Assembly: GCA_965209035.1 (NCBI GenBank)
Contig: OZ242372.1
Coordinates: 160,001 to 224,000 of the forward strand
Length of the DNA stretch: 64,000 nucleotides
Reading direction: 5' to 3'
Source of the DNA: Gammaproteobacteria bacterium
GTDB lineage: Bacteria; Pseudomonadota; Gammaproteobacteria; CBDBNL01; JAAOII01
Position numbers and translations under genes: made by a program
In this document: piece after piece, positions 11,154 through 21,483 of the stretch
Layout: each line of letters opens with the position of its first letter
Numbering within the stretch: position 1 is the stretch's first letter
Notes under the pieces: model-generated
What the model saw: the letters and a program-made list of their open reading frames with translations, nothing else
What the model was told of the DNA's origin: nothing
Database searches by the model: none

Positions 11154-12134
11154 TTGTTTTTTATTAAAGAAACAGCCCAACCAAGCCAGCCCCCCATCAA
11201 CCCACAGCCCGATACCAATCCCGATTCCGTCCCCGCACTCAGCGTCCGGGGACTGAGTAAGGTTTATGCCAACGGCGTTGTCGCCCTTAAAGATGTCAGT
11301 TTGGATGTCCGCCAAAAGGACTTCTTTGCTCTCCTGGGCGAAAACGGCGCCGGTAAAACAACCTTATTGGGAATTGTCTGCTCTCTGGTCAACAAGAGCC
11401 GGGGGGAAGTCAAAATATTTGGCGATGACCTGCTCACGCAAACCTCGCGCGCCAAAAGCCATATCGGCTTAGTGCCGCAAGAGTTTAACTTTAATATTTT
11501 TCAGAAGGTCCGCAATATTGTTTATCAACAGGGCGGCTATTACGGCATGCCATTAAATGAGATCAAAGCGCGCGGCGAAAAGTATCTGCGCAAACTGGAC
11601 CTGTGGGATAAGCGTGACGAGCAATCAAACACCCTGTCCGGCGGGATGAAGCGGCGGTTGATGATTGCACGCGCCCTGATTCACGAACCCCGACTGCTCA
11701 TCTTGGACGAACCGACGGCGGGTGTGGATATTGAAATCCGCCACTCTATGTGGGATTTTCTGCAAGAACTTAACCGGAACGGTAAAACAATCATCCTGAC
11801 AACACACTATCTGGAAGAAGCCGAGCAACTTTGTCGCAATGTTGCCATTATTCACGAAGGCCGCATTATCGCCAATAACAGCATGCAAGCACTTTTACGC
11901 CAGTTGGGGGAACGAACCTACATCATAGAAACCAATAACACCCTGCCCGCCGAAATTCGCGGCGATTTTTACGAGGGGCGGCGATTGGATGACAATACCC
12001 TGGAAGTGCGTCTGGACAAACAATACGGACTTAACAAACTGTTTCGCGATCTGGATAACAAAAAATTGGACATTGCCAATGTGGATATCAAAGACAACCG
12101 ACTGGAGAGTGCCTTCTTGGAATTAACCAAATGA
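11154..12134 (+). CDS. yadG: ABC transporter ATP-binding protein (YadG-like)
   Basis: GENGAGKTT, LSGGMKRR, ILDEPTAGVD and LTTHYLEEAE; overlaps the permease start. Start codon uncertain. Confidence 0.85.
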   Translation: MFFIKETAQPSQPPINPQPDTNPDSVPALSVRGLSKVYANGVVALKDVSLDVRQKDFFALLGENGAGKTTLLGIVCSLVNKSRGEVKIFGDDLLTQTSRAKSHIGLVPQEFNFNIFQKVRNIVYQQGGYYGMPLNEIKARGEKYLRKLDLWDKRDEQSNTLSGGMKRRLMIARALIHEPRLLILDEPTAGVDIEIRHSMWDFLQELNRNGKTIILTTHYLEEAEQLCRNVAIIHEGRIIANNSMQALLRQLGERTYIIETNNTLPAEIRGDFYEGRRLDDNTLEVRLDKQYGLNKLFRDLDNKKLDIANVDIKDNRLESAFLELTK

Positions 12135-12904
12135 ACGCGCAACAACTTCTCGTCTCGTTTTATACCATTTTCTATAAAGAAACTTACAGATATTGCCGTC
12201 TTTGGCGTCAGACCCTGTTGCCACCCGCCATCACGATGACCCTTTACTACACAATTTTTGGCAATCTGATAGGGCCGCGCATCGGCGAAATGGGCGGGTT
12301 CTCTTATATGCAGTTCATCGTTCCCGGACTTGTCATGCTTTCAATCATTACCGGCGCTTACAGCAATGTTGTCTCGTCCTTTTACGGGGAAAAGTTTCAA
12401 CGCAGTTTGCAAGAACTTCTTGTTTCGCCCACACCACCGGTCATTATTTTGTTGGGGTTCATCCTCAGCAGTGCCCTGCGCGGCATCCTGGTCGGGATTG
12501 TTGTTTTGTTGTTGTCCCTGTTTTTTACCGAATTATCCATCCATAGTATCGGCACGATTATCTGGGTGGTGATATTAACTTCCGTTTTGTTTGCTTGCAT
12601 GGGCATGATCAACGCCATTTACGCCCAAAGTTTTGATGATGTCACAGTCATCCCCAACTTCGTTCTCACCCCGCTTACTTATCTTGGCGGTATTTTTTAT
12701 TCCATAGATCTGCTGCCGAGTTTTTGGCAAAAGGTTTCATTACTGAACCCGATTCTTTACATGGTCAACGCGTTTCGCTATGGTGTTCTGGGGGTCACGG
12801 ATATTCCTCTCCTGTACTCGTTTGGTATCATCTGCTTCTTTTCCATTGCCTTGTTCTCGGCATGTTGGTATATGCTCGCAAAAGGCATCGGGATTAGAAC
12901 CTAA
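12131..12904 (+). CDS. yadH: ABC-2 type transporter permease (YadH-like)
   Basis: QTLLPPAITMTLY, YMQFIVPGLVM and NPILYMVNAFRYG motifs. Confidence 0.88.
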   Translation: MNAQQLLVSFYTIFYKETYRYCRLWRQTLLPPAITMTLYYTIFGNLIGPRIGEMGGFSYMQFIVPGLVMLSIITGAYSNVVSSFYGEKFQRSLQELLVSPTPPVIILLGFILSSALRGILVGIVVLLLSLFFTELSIHSIGTIIWVVILTSVLFACMGMINAIYAQSFDDVTVIPNFVLTPLTYLGGIFYSIDLLPSFWQKVSLLNPILYMVNAFRYGVLGVTDIPLLYSFGIICFFSIALFSACWYMLAKGIGIRT

Positions 12905-12976
12905 ATTGCCGGTGTTTTTTATGTTCATCCCGGACACAAAACATAAAAATTACTCTGTTATGGTTACAGTGACTCG

Positions 12977-13711
12977 GTGGCGGTAAAAATAAAAATTTGC
13001 GGACTCACGGAAGCCGAAAAAGCCCGTTATGCCGCGATGCTTGGCGCTTCCGCTATCGGGTTAATATTCCATTCCGCCAGTCCCCGTAATGTGACACCGG
13101 CACAGGCGGCCGAGATTCGCAATGCACTGCCACCCTTCACTTCCGCGGTTGCTGTCCTGGTCAACCCGAGTGCCTCGTTTGTTGAAACCATCTTAAAAAT
13201 TGTCCGACCGGATATTTTGCAGTTTCACGGCGACGAGTCCGAAAAGTTCTGCGCTTCCTTTGGCATGCCTTACATCAAAAGCATTCGCGCCCTGTCGCAA
13301 GATCGGATAAAGCAAGAGGCGCTCAGTTATCCGTCCGCGGCCGCGTTTTTATTGGATACGGCGAACTCGGGACCGGGCTCGGATCCAAACTCGGATCCAA
13401 ACTTGGATAGGCACGATTACGGCGGGAGCGGCAAAACTTTTGATTGGGCACAAATTCCGCGGGACCTGCCCAAACCGACGATCATCGCCGGCGGTCTAAA
13501 CCCGGATAATGTGGGCGCACTTCTGCGAACTTATCGGCCCTATGCGGTAGATGTCAGCAGCGGTGTGGAAGCGGACAAGATCTCGGGAATGGGAATGAAC
13601 ACTGGAATGGGGGAGGAAATGAATATGGGAATTAAAGACAAGCAAAAAATTGCCAACTTTATCGCGCAGGTCCGTAATGCCCGGCTCGGTACGACAACAG
13701 CCCCGCGTTAA
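12977..13711 (+). CDS. trpF: N-(5'-phosphoribosyl)anthranilate isomerase
   Basis: KIKICGLT, LQFHGDES, GGSGKTFDW, AGGLNPDNV and VDVSSGVE; two repeat-derived insertions. Confidence 0.95.
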   Translation: MAVKIKICGLTEAEKARYAAMLGASAIGLIFHSASPRNVTPAQAAEIRNALPPFTSAVAVLVNPSASFVETILKIVRPDILQFHGDESEKFCASFGMPYIKSIRALSQDRIKQEALSYPSAAAFLLDTANSGPGSDPNSDPNLDRHDYGGSGKTFDWAQIPRDLPKPTIIAGGLNPDNVGALLRTYRPYAVDVSSGVEADKISGMGMNTGMGEEMNMGIKDKQKIANFIAQVRNARLGTTTAPR

Positions 13712-13750
13712 TATTGCAACAACCGTCAGTTTGCCGTGATTGCTTTTTCT

Positions 13751-14542
13751 TTAATCCAAATATTCAATTCCCGCAGCCGCCAGCCATTCCTTGAATTTGG
13801 CAACCTCTTCGCAGACCGTCCGTTCGTCATAAGAACGCCAAACCGCCTTAACAAAGTAATTGCCGTTGCTGTCTTGTTGGGGATAACTGCCAATTTCCGC
13901 TTCCGGGTTTTCTGCTTGCATTTCGGTCAGTTTGGACGCAATATGACTTTCACCTGCCAGCACGGTGACTGTGCGAGAATGCAACGGCTTGCCGGTGCTC
14001 AGTTCTTTCCCTATCTCATCTAACATCGCGGAAAAAATGACCGGCACACCCGCCAACACAAAGACATTGCCCAAACGAAAACCCGGGGCAGCCGACACCC
14101 GGTTGGGGATAAGAGTTGCGCCGCGCGGGATCATCGCCATTTTACTCGCACCTGCGGACGGACGCTTGCCGCGTGCGGCGGTCCTCGATTCCCTCGATTC
14201 CATGACGCGCATCGCCTCCGCATTCCGTTCCGGTAAAACAGAAAAGGCTGCGGCAATGGCATCGGCTGTGATATCGTCGTGCGTAGGACCTATGCCGCCG
14301 CTTGTAAACACATAATCGTAGTTTTTTGATTGTTCGCGGACAGTTTTTATGATTAACTCTTTGTCATCGCGAATGATACATGCTTCCGCAAGTTCCAGCC
14401 CCCAACGCGTCGCCCGACTTCCCAATTCAAATATGTTAATATCCCGTGTGCTGCCCACCAGAAGTTCGTTACCGATTGCAATCATAGAAATCTTCGGGGG
14501 GTTGCCGATTTTGTGTGTGCGTTCTGCGTTCATAAAAAACAT
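13751..14542 (-). CDS. CinA-like molybdopterin-binding (MoCF) domain protein
   Basis: IGNELLVGSTRDIN, TSGGIGPTHDDITA, NRVSAAPG and LAGVP motifs; no PncC domain. Confidence 0.85.
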   Translation of the reverse strand: MFFMNAERTHKIGNPPKISMIAIGNELLVGSTRDINIFELGSRATRWGLELAEACIIRDDKELIIKTVREQSKNYDYVFTSGGIGPTHDDITADAIAAAFSVLPERNAEAMRVMESRESRTAARGKRPSAGASKMAMIPRGATLIPNRVSAAPGFRLGNVFVLAGVPVIFSAMLDEIGKELSTGKPLHSRTVTVLAGESHIASKLTEMQAENPEAEIGSYPQQDSNGNYFVKAVWRSYDERTVCEEVAKFKEWLAAAGIEYLD

Positions 14543-14620
14543 TATAGTGAGTTGTCGGCGATGTTTGTATCATTGATCTTTGACCGTCACCGTCCCGCAT
14601 ATTTAATTTCTCGTTGATCT

Positions 14621-14782
14621 TTGAACGGAACATTAAACGAAACTTTGAACAGAACATTGAACGGAACATTAAACGGAACATTGAACGGAACATTAAACGA
14701 AACTTTGAACAGAACTTTGAACAGAACATTGAACGGAACATTAAACAGAACATTGAACGGAACATTAAACAGAACATTGAAC
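14621..14782 (+). repeat. 12-bp tandem repeat x13.5 (tt[g/a]aac[g/a][g/a]aac[a/t])
   Basis: Read directly; in frame with tsaD (LN[G/R/E]T units). Confidence 0.95.
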
Positions 14783-15973
14783 AACCCGCCGAATAACACA
14801 CCGGCGCACAGGCGGGAACGGTCACAGTTAATTCTGGCTGTGGAGACATCCTGCGACGAGACCGCCCTGGCATTGCATGACGGCACTCGCCTCATCTCCC
14901 ATTGTTTGTTTTCTCAAGCCGACATTCACTCTTTATATGACGGCGTGGTGCCGGAACTTGCGGCACGCAACCATCTGCAACGCCTCCTCCCGTTGCTAAA
15001 ACTCTGCCTGCAAAAAGGAAACAAAACCAAAGCAGAGATTACTCACATAGCCTATACGATGGGACCCGGTTTGATCGGCGCCTTGATGACGGGAGCATCG
15101 TTTGCCCGCTGTCTCGCGTACGGCTTGTCTGTTCCTGCCGTCGGCATTCATCATCTGGAAGGGCATATCCTTTCTCCTCTGCTGGCAAAAGACGCTCCGT
15201 CTTTTCCCTACTTAACGCTGCTAGTATCCGGCGGGCATACGCAGTTAATTCTGGCACAAGAAGCCGGCAAGTATGTTCTTTACGGCGAAAGTTTGGACGA
15301 TGCGGCCGGCGAAGTCTTTGACAAGGTGGCAAGTTTGCTTGGTCTGCCCTATCCCGGCGGGAAGCATTTGGAAGAACTCGCCCGAAAAGGGAACCCGAAG
15401 GCATACGGGTTGACTGTTCCCATGCGTCATCGCAGGGGTCATCAGCATCGTCAGGATTACAATTTTAGTTTCAGCGGTCTCAAAACCCAGGTACTTTATC
15501 TCGCACGGAAGATCTGCAAAGCATCCAATTCTCCCCATCCGCAAGAACAGGAGTCCGCGCCAAATGTAAAAAGACCCTTCTCACGCACTGTCGGAGCACT
15601 GACTCCCCGACAGAAGGCCGACCTGGCCGCAGGCTTTCAAATGACGATTGTTCAAAGTCTGTTGGAAAAAACTTTCTTATTGGCGGAAACACTCCGAATG
15701 AAAAATATTGTCATAGTCGGCGGCGTCAGTGCCAATTTGTATCTCAGAGAAACGGCGCGCAAGTTCTCGGGGGGGGAGAATTACCGTCTCTTTTTCCCGC
15801 CGCCGGAATACTGCACCGACAATGCGGCCATGATCGCTTTGGCTGCTTCTTATCGTATTGCGGCGGGTGCCCGGGACTCGCTTGTGATACGAGCAAAAGC
15901 GAGGCTTCCGCTTCCCGCCCCCGGCCCCATCCGCATGCCCGCGCAGGACCCGCACGGGGCCCGCACAAGATAA
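14621..15973 (+). CDS. tsaD: tRNA N6-adenosine threonylcarbamoyltransferase
   Basis: ETSCDETA, GVVPELAAR, HHLEGH, VSGGHT, DDAAGE.FDK, FSFSGLKT and CTDNAAMIA. The start lies at one of the TTGs of the upstream repeat. Confidence 0.95.
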   Translation: MNGTLNETLNRTLNGTLNGTLNGTLNETLNRTLNRTLNGTLNRTLNGTLNRTLNNPPNNTPAHRRERSQLILAVETSCDETALALHDGTRLISHCLFSQADIHSLYDGVVPELAARNHLQRLLPLLKLCLQKGNKTKAEITHIAYTMGPGLIGALMTGASFARCLAYGLSVPAVGIHHLEGHILSPLLAKDAPSFPYLTLLVSGGHTQLILAQEAGKYVLYGESLDDAAGEVFDKVASLLGLPYPGGKHLEELARKGNPKAYGLTVPMRHRRGHQHRQDYNFSFSGLKTQVLYLARKICKASNSPHPQEQESAPNVKRPFSRTVGALTPRQKADLAAGFQMTIVQSLLEKTFLLAETLRMKNIVIVGGVSANLYLRETARKFSGGENYRLFFPPPEYCTDNAAMIALAASYRIAAGARDSLVIRAKARLPLPAPGPIRMPAQDPHGARTR

Positions 15974-15979
15974 ACGCGT

Positions 15980-17548
15980 ATGAAAAAGTTTGATGTTCTC
16001 GTCATAGGCACGGGCGCGGCCGGAATGCAGTTGGCACTGCACCTTGCCCGACGCAACAGAACTGTCCTGATGCTCTGCAAGTCCTCTTTTAGAGAAAGTT
16101 CCACCTACTGGGCTCAAGGCGGCATTGCCGCGGCCTGGGCAGAAGAGACGCCCGAGCAGCATATCCGCGATACGATCAAAGCCGGGGCGGGGCTGTGTGA
16201 TGATAAGGCGGTTCGTTTCATCCTAAGCAACGCCCGTTCGGCACTTAAAGAAATTGTGGAACTTGGCTTTCCTTTGTCTCTGCGTCCAAAAAGCGGCGAA
16301 GCACATCTCCACCGGGAAGGCGGTCATTCCCAAAGACGGATTTTACATGCCGCCGATCAAACCGGCAAAGCACTGGCGGATACCCTGTATCACCGAATTT
16401 TGGAAGAACCGGGTATTCAAATATTGGAACATCACATGGCAATTAACTTGATACAGGATCACCGAGGCTGTAAAGGCGCCTATGTTTTTAATGCCATCAA
16501 GAAAAGCGTATCGGTATTCAACGCCCGTTGCACTGTGCTTGCCTGCGGCGGTGCCAGCCGGGTATATCTGTACTCCACGAATCCGGACGGTGCCACCGGA
16601 GACGGTATCGCCATGGCATACAGAGCCGGCTGTCGTATTGCCAATATGGAATTTAATCAGTTTCATCCGACTTGTCTGTATCACCCGCAGGCAAAATCTT
16701 TTCTCATTAGCGAGGCACTGCGCGGCGAAGGCGCGCGTCTGCTGTTGCCGGACGGATCCGCCTTTATGGAAAAATACGATCAGCGCGGTGACCTGGCGCC
16801 GCGCGATATTACCGCACGCGCGATTGACGATCAAATGAAGCGAAACGGCTTGGATTGCGTCCTGCTGGACATCACGCATAAACCGGCAAAAGAGATTATT
16901 AAAAATTTCCCGCACATCTACCAAAATTGCCTGACATACGGAATAGACATCACCAAAGAGCCTATCCCGGTTGTGCCGGCGGCGCACTATATATGCGGCG
17001 GCATTATCACAGATATGAAGGGGCAAACGGACATTCAAAATCTTTATGCAATCGGCGAAACCGCCTACACTGGTCTGCATGGGGCAAATCGTTTGGCAAG
17101 CAACTCACTGTTGGAATGCCTTGTGATGGCACGCAGCGCCGCCCAAAATATTGATCGGACTCTGGCGCAGATCCCCGTGCCGAGTCCTTCGCCGTCATGG
17201 GATGAAAGCCGGGTTACAAACTCCGACGAGGAAGTTATCATAAATCATAATTGGGATGAACTCCGCAGATTCATGTGGAATTATGTCGGTATCGTCCGCA
17301 CCGACAAAAGATTGGAACGCGCCCGCCACCGCATAGACCTTCTTCAATCGGAAATTAAAGAATACTACAACAATTACCGTGTCAGTCGCGATCTTTTGGA
17401 ACTGCGTAACCTTGCTCTCTGCGCCAAACTCATCACGGACGCGGCCATCGGCCGCAAGGAGAGCCGGGGACTGCATTACACACCCGATTATCCCGATTAT
17501 CCCGCATCGCAAAAACAGGCAACAATCAGTATCTTGCAAAAAAATTAG
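15980..17548 (+). CDS. nadB: L-aspartate oxidase
   Basis: GTGAAG, AQGGIA, REGGHS..RILHAAD, QFHPT, GLHGANRLASNSLLEC and ESRGLHY motifs. Confidence 0.96.
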   Translation: MKKFDVLVIGTGAAGMQLALHLARRNRTVLMLCKSSFRESSTYWAQGGIAAAWAEETPEQHIRDTIKAGAGLCDDKAVRFILSNARSALKEIVELGFPLSLRPKSGEAHLHREGGHSQRRILHAADQTGKALADTLYHRILEEPGIQILEHHMAINLIQDHRGCKGAYVFNAIKKSVSVFNARCTVLACGGASRVYLYSTNPDGATGDGIAMAYRAGCRIANMEFNQFHPTCLYHPQAKSFLISEALRGEGARLLLPDGSAFMEKYDQRGDLAPRDITARAIDDQMKRNGLDCVLLDITHKPAKEIIKNFPHIYQNCLTYGIDITKEPIPVVPAAHYICGGIITDMKGQTDIQNLYAIGETAYTGLHGANRLASNSLLECLVMARSAAQNIDRTLAQIPVPSPSPSWDESRVTNSDEEVIINHNWDELRRFMWNYVGIVRTDKRLERARHRIDLLQSEIKEYYNNYRVSRDLLELRNLALCAKLITDAAIGRKESRGLHYTPDYPDYPASQKQATISILQKN

Positions 17549-17566
17549 CCATAAAATAAATTCCAC

Positions 17567-18991
17567 ATGCAAGACAAACACTCTCCGGCAGAGAAGCCCG
17601 CCAAGCATCCAAATCCAAATCCCAATCCCAACCCCAATCAAAGATTTTTAAGTTTGGCGTTTAGCCGCCGACTGGCGCCCCTGTTTTGGACGCAATTCTG
17701 CGGTGCCTTCAATGACAATGTCTACAAAAGTGCTTTTGCCGTCATCCTGGTATACAAGTTATTGGAGGGGAAATCCGAGCTAAGCGGTATCCTGGTCAAT
17801 CTCACCCAGGCTCTGTTCATACTGCCCTTTATTCTGTTTGCCGCCATTGCCGGAAGTTTGGGCGATGTCTATGACAAGACTGTCCTCATTCGTCATATTA
17901 AATTGACGGAAATTTTTATTGTTTGTCTGGCAGCCGCCGCTCTCTTTCTCGGCAATATCCCCGCACTGATGTTCGTTGTTTTTCTGTTGTCCGTCCAGTC
18001 CACTTTTTTTGGTCCCTTAAAATACGGCATCATTCCGCAGCATGTCCCGCCGTCTGCATTGGTGAACAGTAATGCCCTGGTCAGTGCCGGCACTTTTGTT
18101 GCCATCATTGCCGGGACCTTAATCGGCGCCTATGCCGCCACCCTGGAACAATATGAGGTACGGATTTCGACCCTTCTGCTTACATATGCGATTATCGGTT
18201 ATGTGAGCAGTCAGTTCATCCCCAAGGCACCGCCGTATCCCGATGCAAATACACCGGACCTGCCTCCGCAGGCCAACAAGCCGGCAAACCGGCAAACGCG
18301 TCTTTCATACGAGCCAGTTGGCGCAACCATTCGCCTGATGCGGACAATATACGGACGCCAACCGCAATATCGTCCGTATCTTTGGGGAGTTTCCTGGTTC
18401 TGGTTTGTCGGCTCGGTTCTTCTGACTCAAATCCCCATTCTTACGGAGCAACAACTTAAATTGGAAGACATCTCGGTGAGTTTTTTTATGGTGATGTTTG
18501 CGACAGGGATTGCCTGCGGTTCTCTGATCACCGGCATTGTGCTTAAGAACAAACCCACCTCCAAGTATGCCGGCATCGCGGCACTCTTTATGGCGATCTT
18601 AAGTTTGGATCTGATCCTTGCCATGCGCCAATTCAACCCGGACGCGCTCCTGTCACTGAGTGCGGATGATTATGTTACGCTGGTCGCATTCCTAACAAAC
18701 TTCCATGGCATCAGACTATCGCTTGACTTTTTCTTGATCAGTTTGTTTGGCGGCTTCTATGTCATTCCGCTGTTTACCGTTTTGATTAGTCTCGCCAAGC
18801 CCGAAGAGCGTTCCCGAGTCATTGCCGCCAATAATATCTTCAATGCGTTATTTATGGTGGGTTCGGCCCTGGCGGTGATGGTGATCTACGCAGTCGGCGG
18901 CGGTCTCACCGAGATATTTCCGCTGATTACCGTCAGTGCCTTGTTGGTCTCTTTTCTTTGGTTCCGAAAATCTCGTTCGGTAGTTGCGTAG
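17567..18991 (+). CDS. MFS transporter (lysophospholipid transporter LplT / Aas-MFS-like)
   Basis: TQFCGAFNDNVYK, QSTFFGPLKYGIIPQ and RSRVIAANNIFNALFM; about 12 TM segments. Confidence 0.8.
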   Translation: MQDKHSPAEKPAKHPNPNPNPNPNQRFLSLAFSRRLAPLFWTQFCGAFNDNVYKSAFAVILVYKLLEGKSELSGILVNLTQALFILPFILFAAIAGSLGDVYDKTVLIRHIKLTEIFIVCLAAAALFLGNIPALMFVVFLLSVQSTFFGPLKYGIIPQHVPPSALVNSNALVSAGTFVAIIAGTLIGAYAATLEQYEVRISTLLLTYAIIGYVSSQFIPKAPPYPDANTPDLPPQANKPANRQTRLSYEPVGATIRLMRTIYGRQPQYRPYLWGVSWFWFVGSVLLTQIPILTEQQLKLEDISVSFFMVMFATGIACGSLITGIVLKNKPTSKYAGIAALFMAILSLDLILAMRQFNPDALLSLSADDYVTLVAFLTNFHGIRLSLDFFLISLFGGFYVIPLFTVLISLAKPEERSRVIAANNIFNALFMVGSALAVMVIYAVGGGLTEIFPLITVSALLVSFLWFRKSRSVVA

Positions 18992-19099
18992 TTGCCTAGT
19001 TACCTTGTAGTTACTTTGTAGTTACTTTGTAGTTGTTTCTGCCGAGAAAAAAAAGAAACTATAAAATCACCCAAAAGAACACATAAAAGATCCCGGCTG

Positions 19100-19237
19100 A
19101 TGTTCGGTTGAGGTTTGGTCGGGGTTTGGTCGGGGTTTCGTTGAGGTTTCGTTGATGTTTGGTCGGGGTTTGGTCGGGGTTTGGTCGGGGGTTGGTCGGG
19201 GTTTGGTTGGTGGCTGGTTGATGTTTGGTCGGGGTTT
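19100..19237. repeat. Degenerate 11-bp tandem repeat (ggggtttggtc) between convergent genes
   Basis: Read directly. A gtagttacttt repeat lies at ~18990-19035 and a C11 tract at 19269-19279. Confidence 0.85.
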
Positions 19238-19338
19238 CATTTCTGTTCGGTTTGCGGTTTGCATTTGTCCCCCCCCCCCGCAGGCACTGAATTAAAAACA
19301 GCCGGGGATCACTCGGCGGTTGTTACGCTATTACTTTG

Positions 19339-20076
19339 CTACCGGTTGTCTTTCAACTGCTTTTTTAATTGGGGGAAATCCGTGACAAATTTTTGCACTT
19401 CCTTGCCCGCTTCTCCTTCATATGCCAAATGAAAATAGTCACGCATTGCCGATGGCTCGGTATTAACTTCACAACACAGAGCGCCGGCCGCTCTTGCCTG
19501 TAACACAAAGCCGGCCGCCGGGAACACGCTGCCCGAAGTGCCGATTGCCAAAAAAATCTTGCCACCCCGCCCCCGCAGTGCCTGTTCAATGCGCTCCATC
19601 TGGTAAGGCATTTCTCCAAACCATACGATATCCGGTCGCAAACCGCCCGCACGACCGCAACCCGGGCAGTTATTTTTTGTATCCATATCTTGCTTGCAAT
19701 CAAACTTTCCGGCACAAGAGTTACACTTCATCTTGTAAAGTTCGCCATGCATGTGGATGACGCGTTGACTGCCGCCGCGCTCGTGCAAATCGTCTATATT
19801 CTGCGTAATGATCAGCATCTTATCGCCCAACTCTTTTTCCAACTCTCCCAATGCATGATGTGCGGGATTTGGCAAAACCTTACCCAGTTCGTTTCGGCGC
19901 GCATTATAAAATCGGTGCACCTTATCGGGGTCGGCGGCAAATGCCTCCGGGGTTGCCACTTCTTCTATGGGATGTTCTTCCCAAAGACCGTCCGCAGCGC
20001 GAAATGTTTTGATACCGGACTCGGCGGAAATTCCCGCACCCGTAAGAACAACCAAAAGAGGCTGCGAATCTTTCAC
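19339..20076 (-). CDS. cobB: NAD-dependent protein deacylase (sirtuin, class III)
   Basis: GAGISAESGIKTFR, FYNARR, TQNIDDLHE, HGEL, CxxC..CxxC, RPDIVWFGE and GTSG motifs. Confidence 0.93.
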   Translation of the reverse strand: MKDSQPLLVVLTGAGISAESGIKTFRAADGLWEEHPIEEVATPEAFAADPDKVHRFYNARRNELGKVLPNPAHHALGELEKELGDKMLIITQNIDDLHERGGSQRVIHMHGELYKMKCNSCAGKFDCKQDMDTKNNCPGCGRAGGLRPDIVWFGEMPYQMERIEQALRGRGGKIFLAIGTSGSVFPAAGFVLQARAAGALCCEVNTEPSAMRDYFHLAYEGEAGKEVQKFVTDFPQLKKQLKDNR

Positions 20077-20085
20077 CCCTGGTCC

Positions 20086-20949
20086 CTAAAACAAATGTTG
20101 AAACAACAAGCCCGTGGTTTCTGTCTTGGTGTCGTAGTTTGCGGCATAATCGGACTCTCCCGTGCTCCAATCCAACAGCAGTCGCCAACCGAGTATGGGT
20201 GCCTTAGAGCGTTCCAAGCCGATGCGCAGCCTTGTGGAAAAACCCCAGTTGTTATAAGCATAGCCGCGCTGCTCGCCCCCCAAAACAAGTTTCAAGTCGC
20301 CCGACCCGTCTCCGAATCTGGCATCAAAACCCCAGTAACCAAAATCTTGTTTTAGGTTCTCTCCCGCCGAAGTTTCCAAATTCTCAAAACGCCCGTAAGA
20401 AAAATAATAACGCGCCGCCCGGCTGACATCCCCCAAAAACAGCCGCACAGAATCCCCGCCAAGCCAAGCAATATCATTATCTTCGGTTAAAAACTCCTCT
20501 TCGGTTTCCCGCCGGTCCGCTTCCCAGATCAGACGCAAAGCCAAACCGTTTGTCAGATAGCCCACATTTGCCGCAACCAAGTATTCGCGCCCCAATAGTG
20601 TGAGCTCATTCGATGGCAAGTCTCTGTTTTCGTTCGCCTCTTCGTTATAAACAAACTGATGGTAAATCCCCGCCCTGCCGCCGATCTCCACGGCACTTGT
20701 CCCGCCAAAATACCATCTTCTGATAGAAAACCCTTTCGCCAGATCCAGGTTCACTAATTCTTGCCTGCCAAAAACATCGTGTTTGGTCTCCCGATAGCCT
20801 GTCACAAACCCATCGGTATGAAAGGCCGCCACAGGGGCGGGGAATAGTTCGCTCTCTCCAAAGGATTCGCTATTGGGACCGTCCGGTACAAAAGCAAAGA
20901 TGCCGCCGTTAAGTGCCAGCAGAGCCAGGATTTCCGCCAAGCCGTTCAT
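20086..20949 (-). CDS. Hypothetical exported protein, probable outer-membrane beta-barrel (loosely DUF1207-like)
   Basis: N-terminal hydrophobic signal, amphipathic strands and terminal Phe. The family resemblance was judged by eye only. Confidence 0.5.
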   Translation of the reverse strand: MNGLAEILALLALNGGIFAFVPDGPNSESFGESELFPAPVAAFHTDGFVTGYRETKHDVFGRQELVNLDLAKGFSIRRWYFGGTSAVEIGGRAGIYHQFVYNEEANENRDLPSNELTLLGREYLVAANVGYLTNGLALRLIWEADRRETEEEFLTEDNDIAWLGGDSVRLFLGDVSRAARYYFSYGRFENLETSAGENLKQDFGYWGFDARFGDGSGDLKLVLGGEQRGYAYNNWGFSTRLRIGLERSKAPILGWRLLLDWSTGESDYAANYDTKTETTGLLFQHLF

Positions 20950-21483
20950 TTAATTGTCTCTAAAATTGCACACATAAGATTTGTTCATTAAGTATTTTGC
21001 CATCCGTTTCTGCTCGGTATTTGGCTCCGCATATTCCTTGCATCCCTGCCGCATCTCCGCTGCCTCGCAAAATAATGAACAGAGAATCCGTCTTCATTTC
21101 AACATTATAACAAAGAGGATCACTCTTGTCCTTATTTGTATCATCCCACCCGGTTTTGGATTCTGGTTGAGAATTGTATCGACGAAGAACCGGGAACCGG
21201 ATGGTGACGCGAGAGTTTTGGACTCTGCGTGTTTTTGTCTTAAGCGAACTAAACCGGCGAGAGTTGCTCAAGAGTTGTTCACAGACATTTGGTATGAATA
21301 GAAAATAGGAATAATGCGATTTGAAACTGACCCTGGCATCCTTTTAAGTCAGCGTATTCGTTAATGTAAACGACCCTGGGCTTGCCAACAGATTTCAAGT
21401 TAAGATACCGAGCGAACAGATGTTTTAATTCCGTTCCGTCCCGCCCCATCTGTTCTGCTGCCTGCTCTGCCTCTACTCTACCT

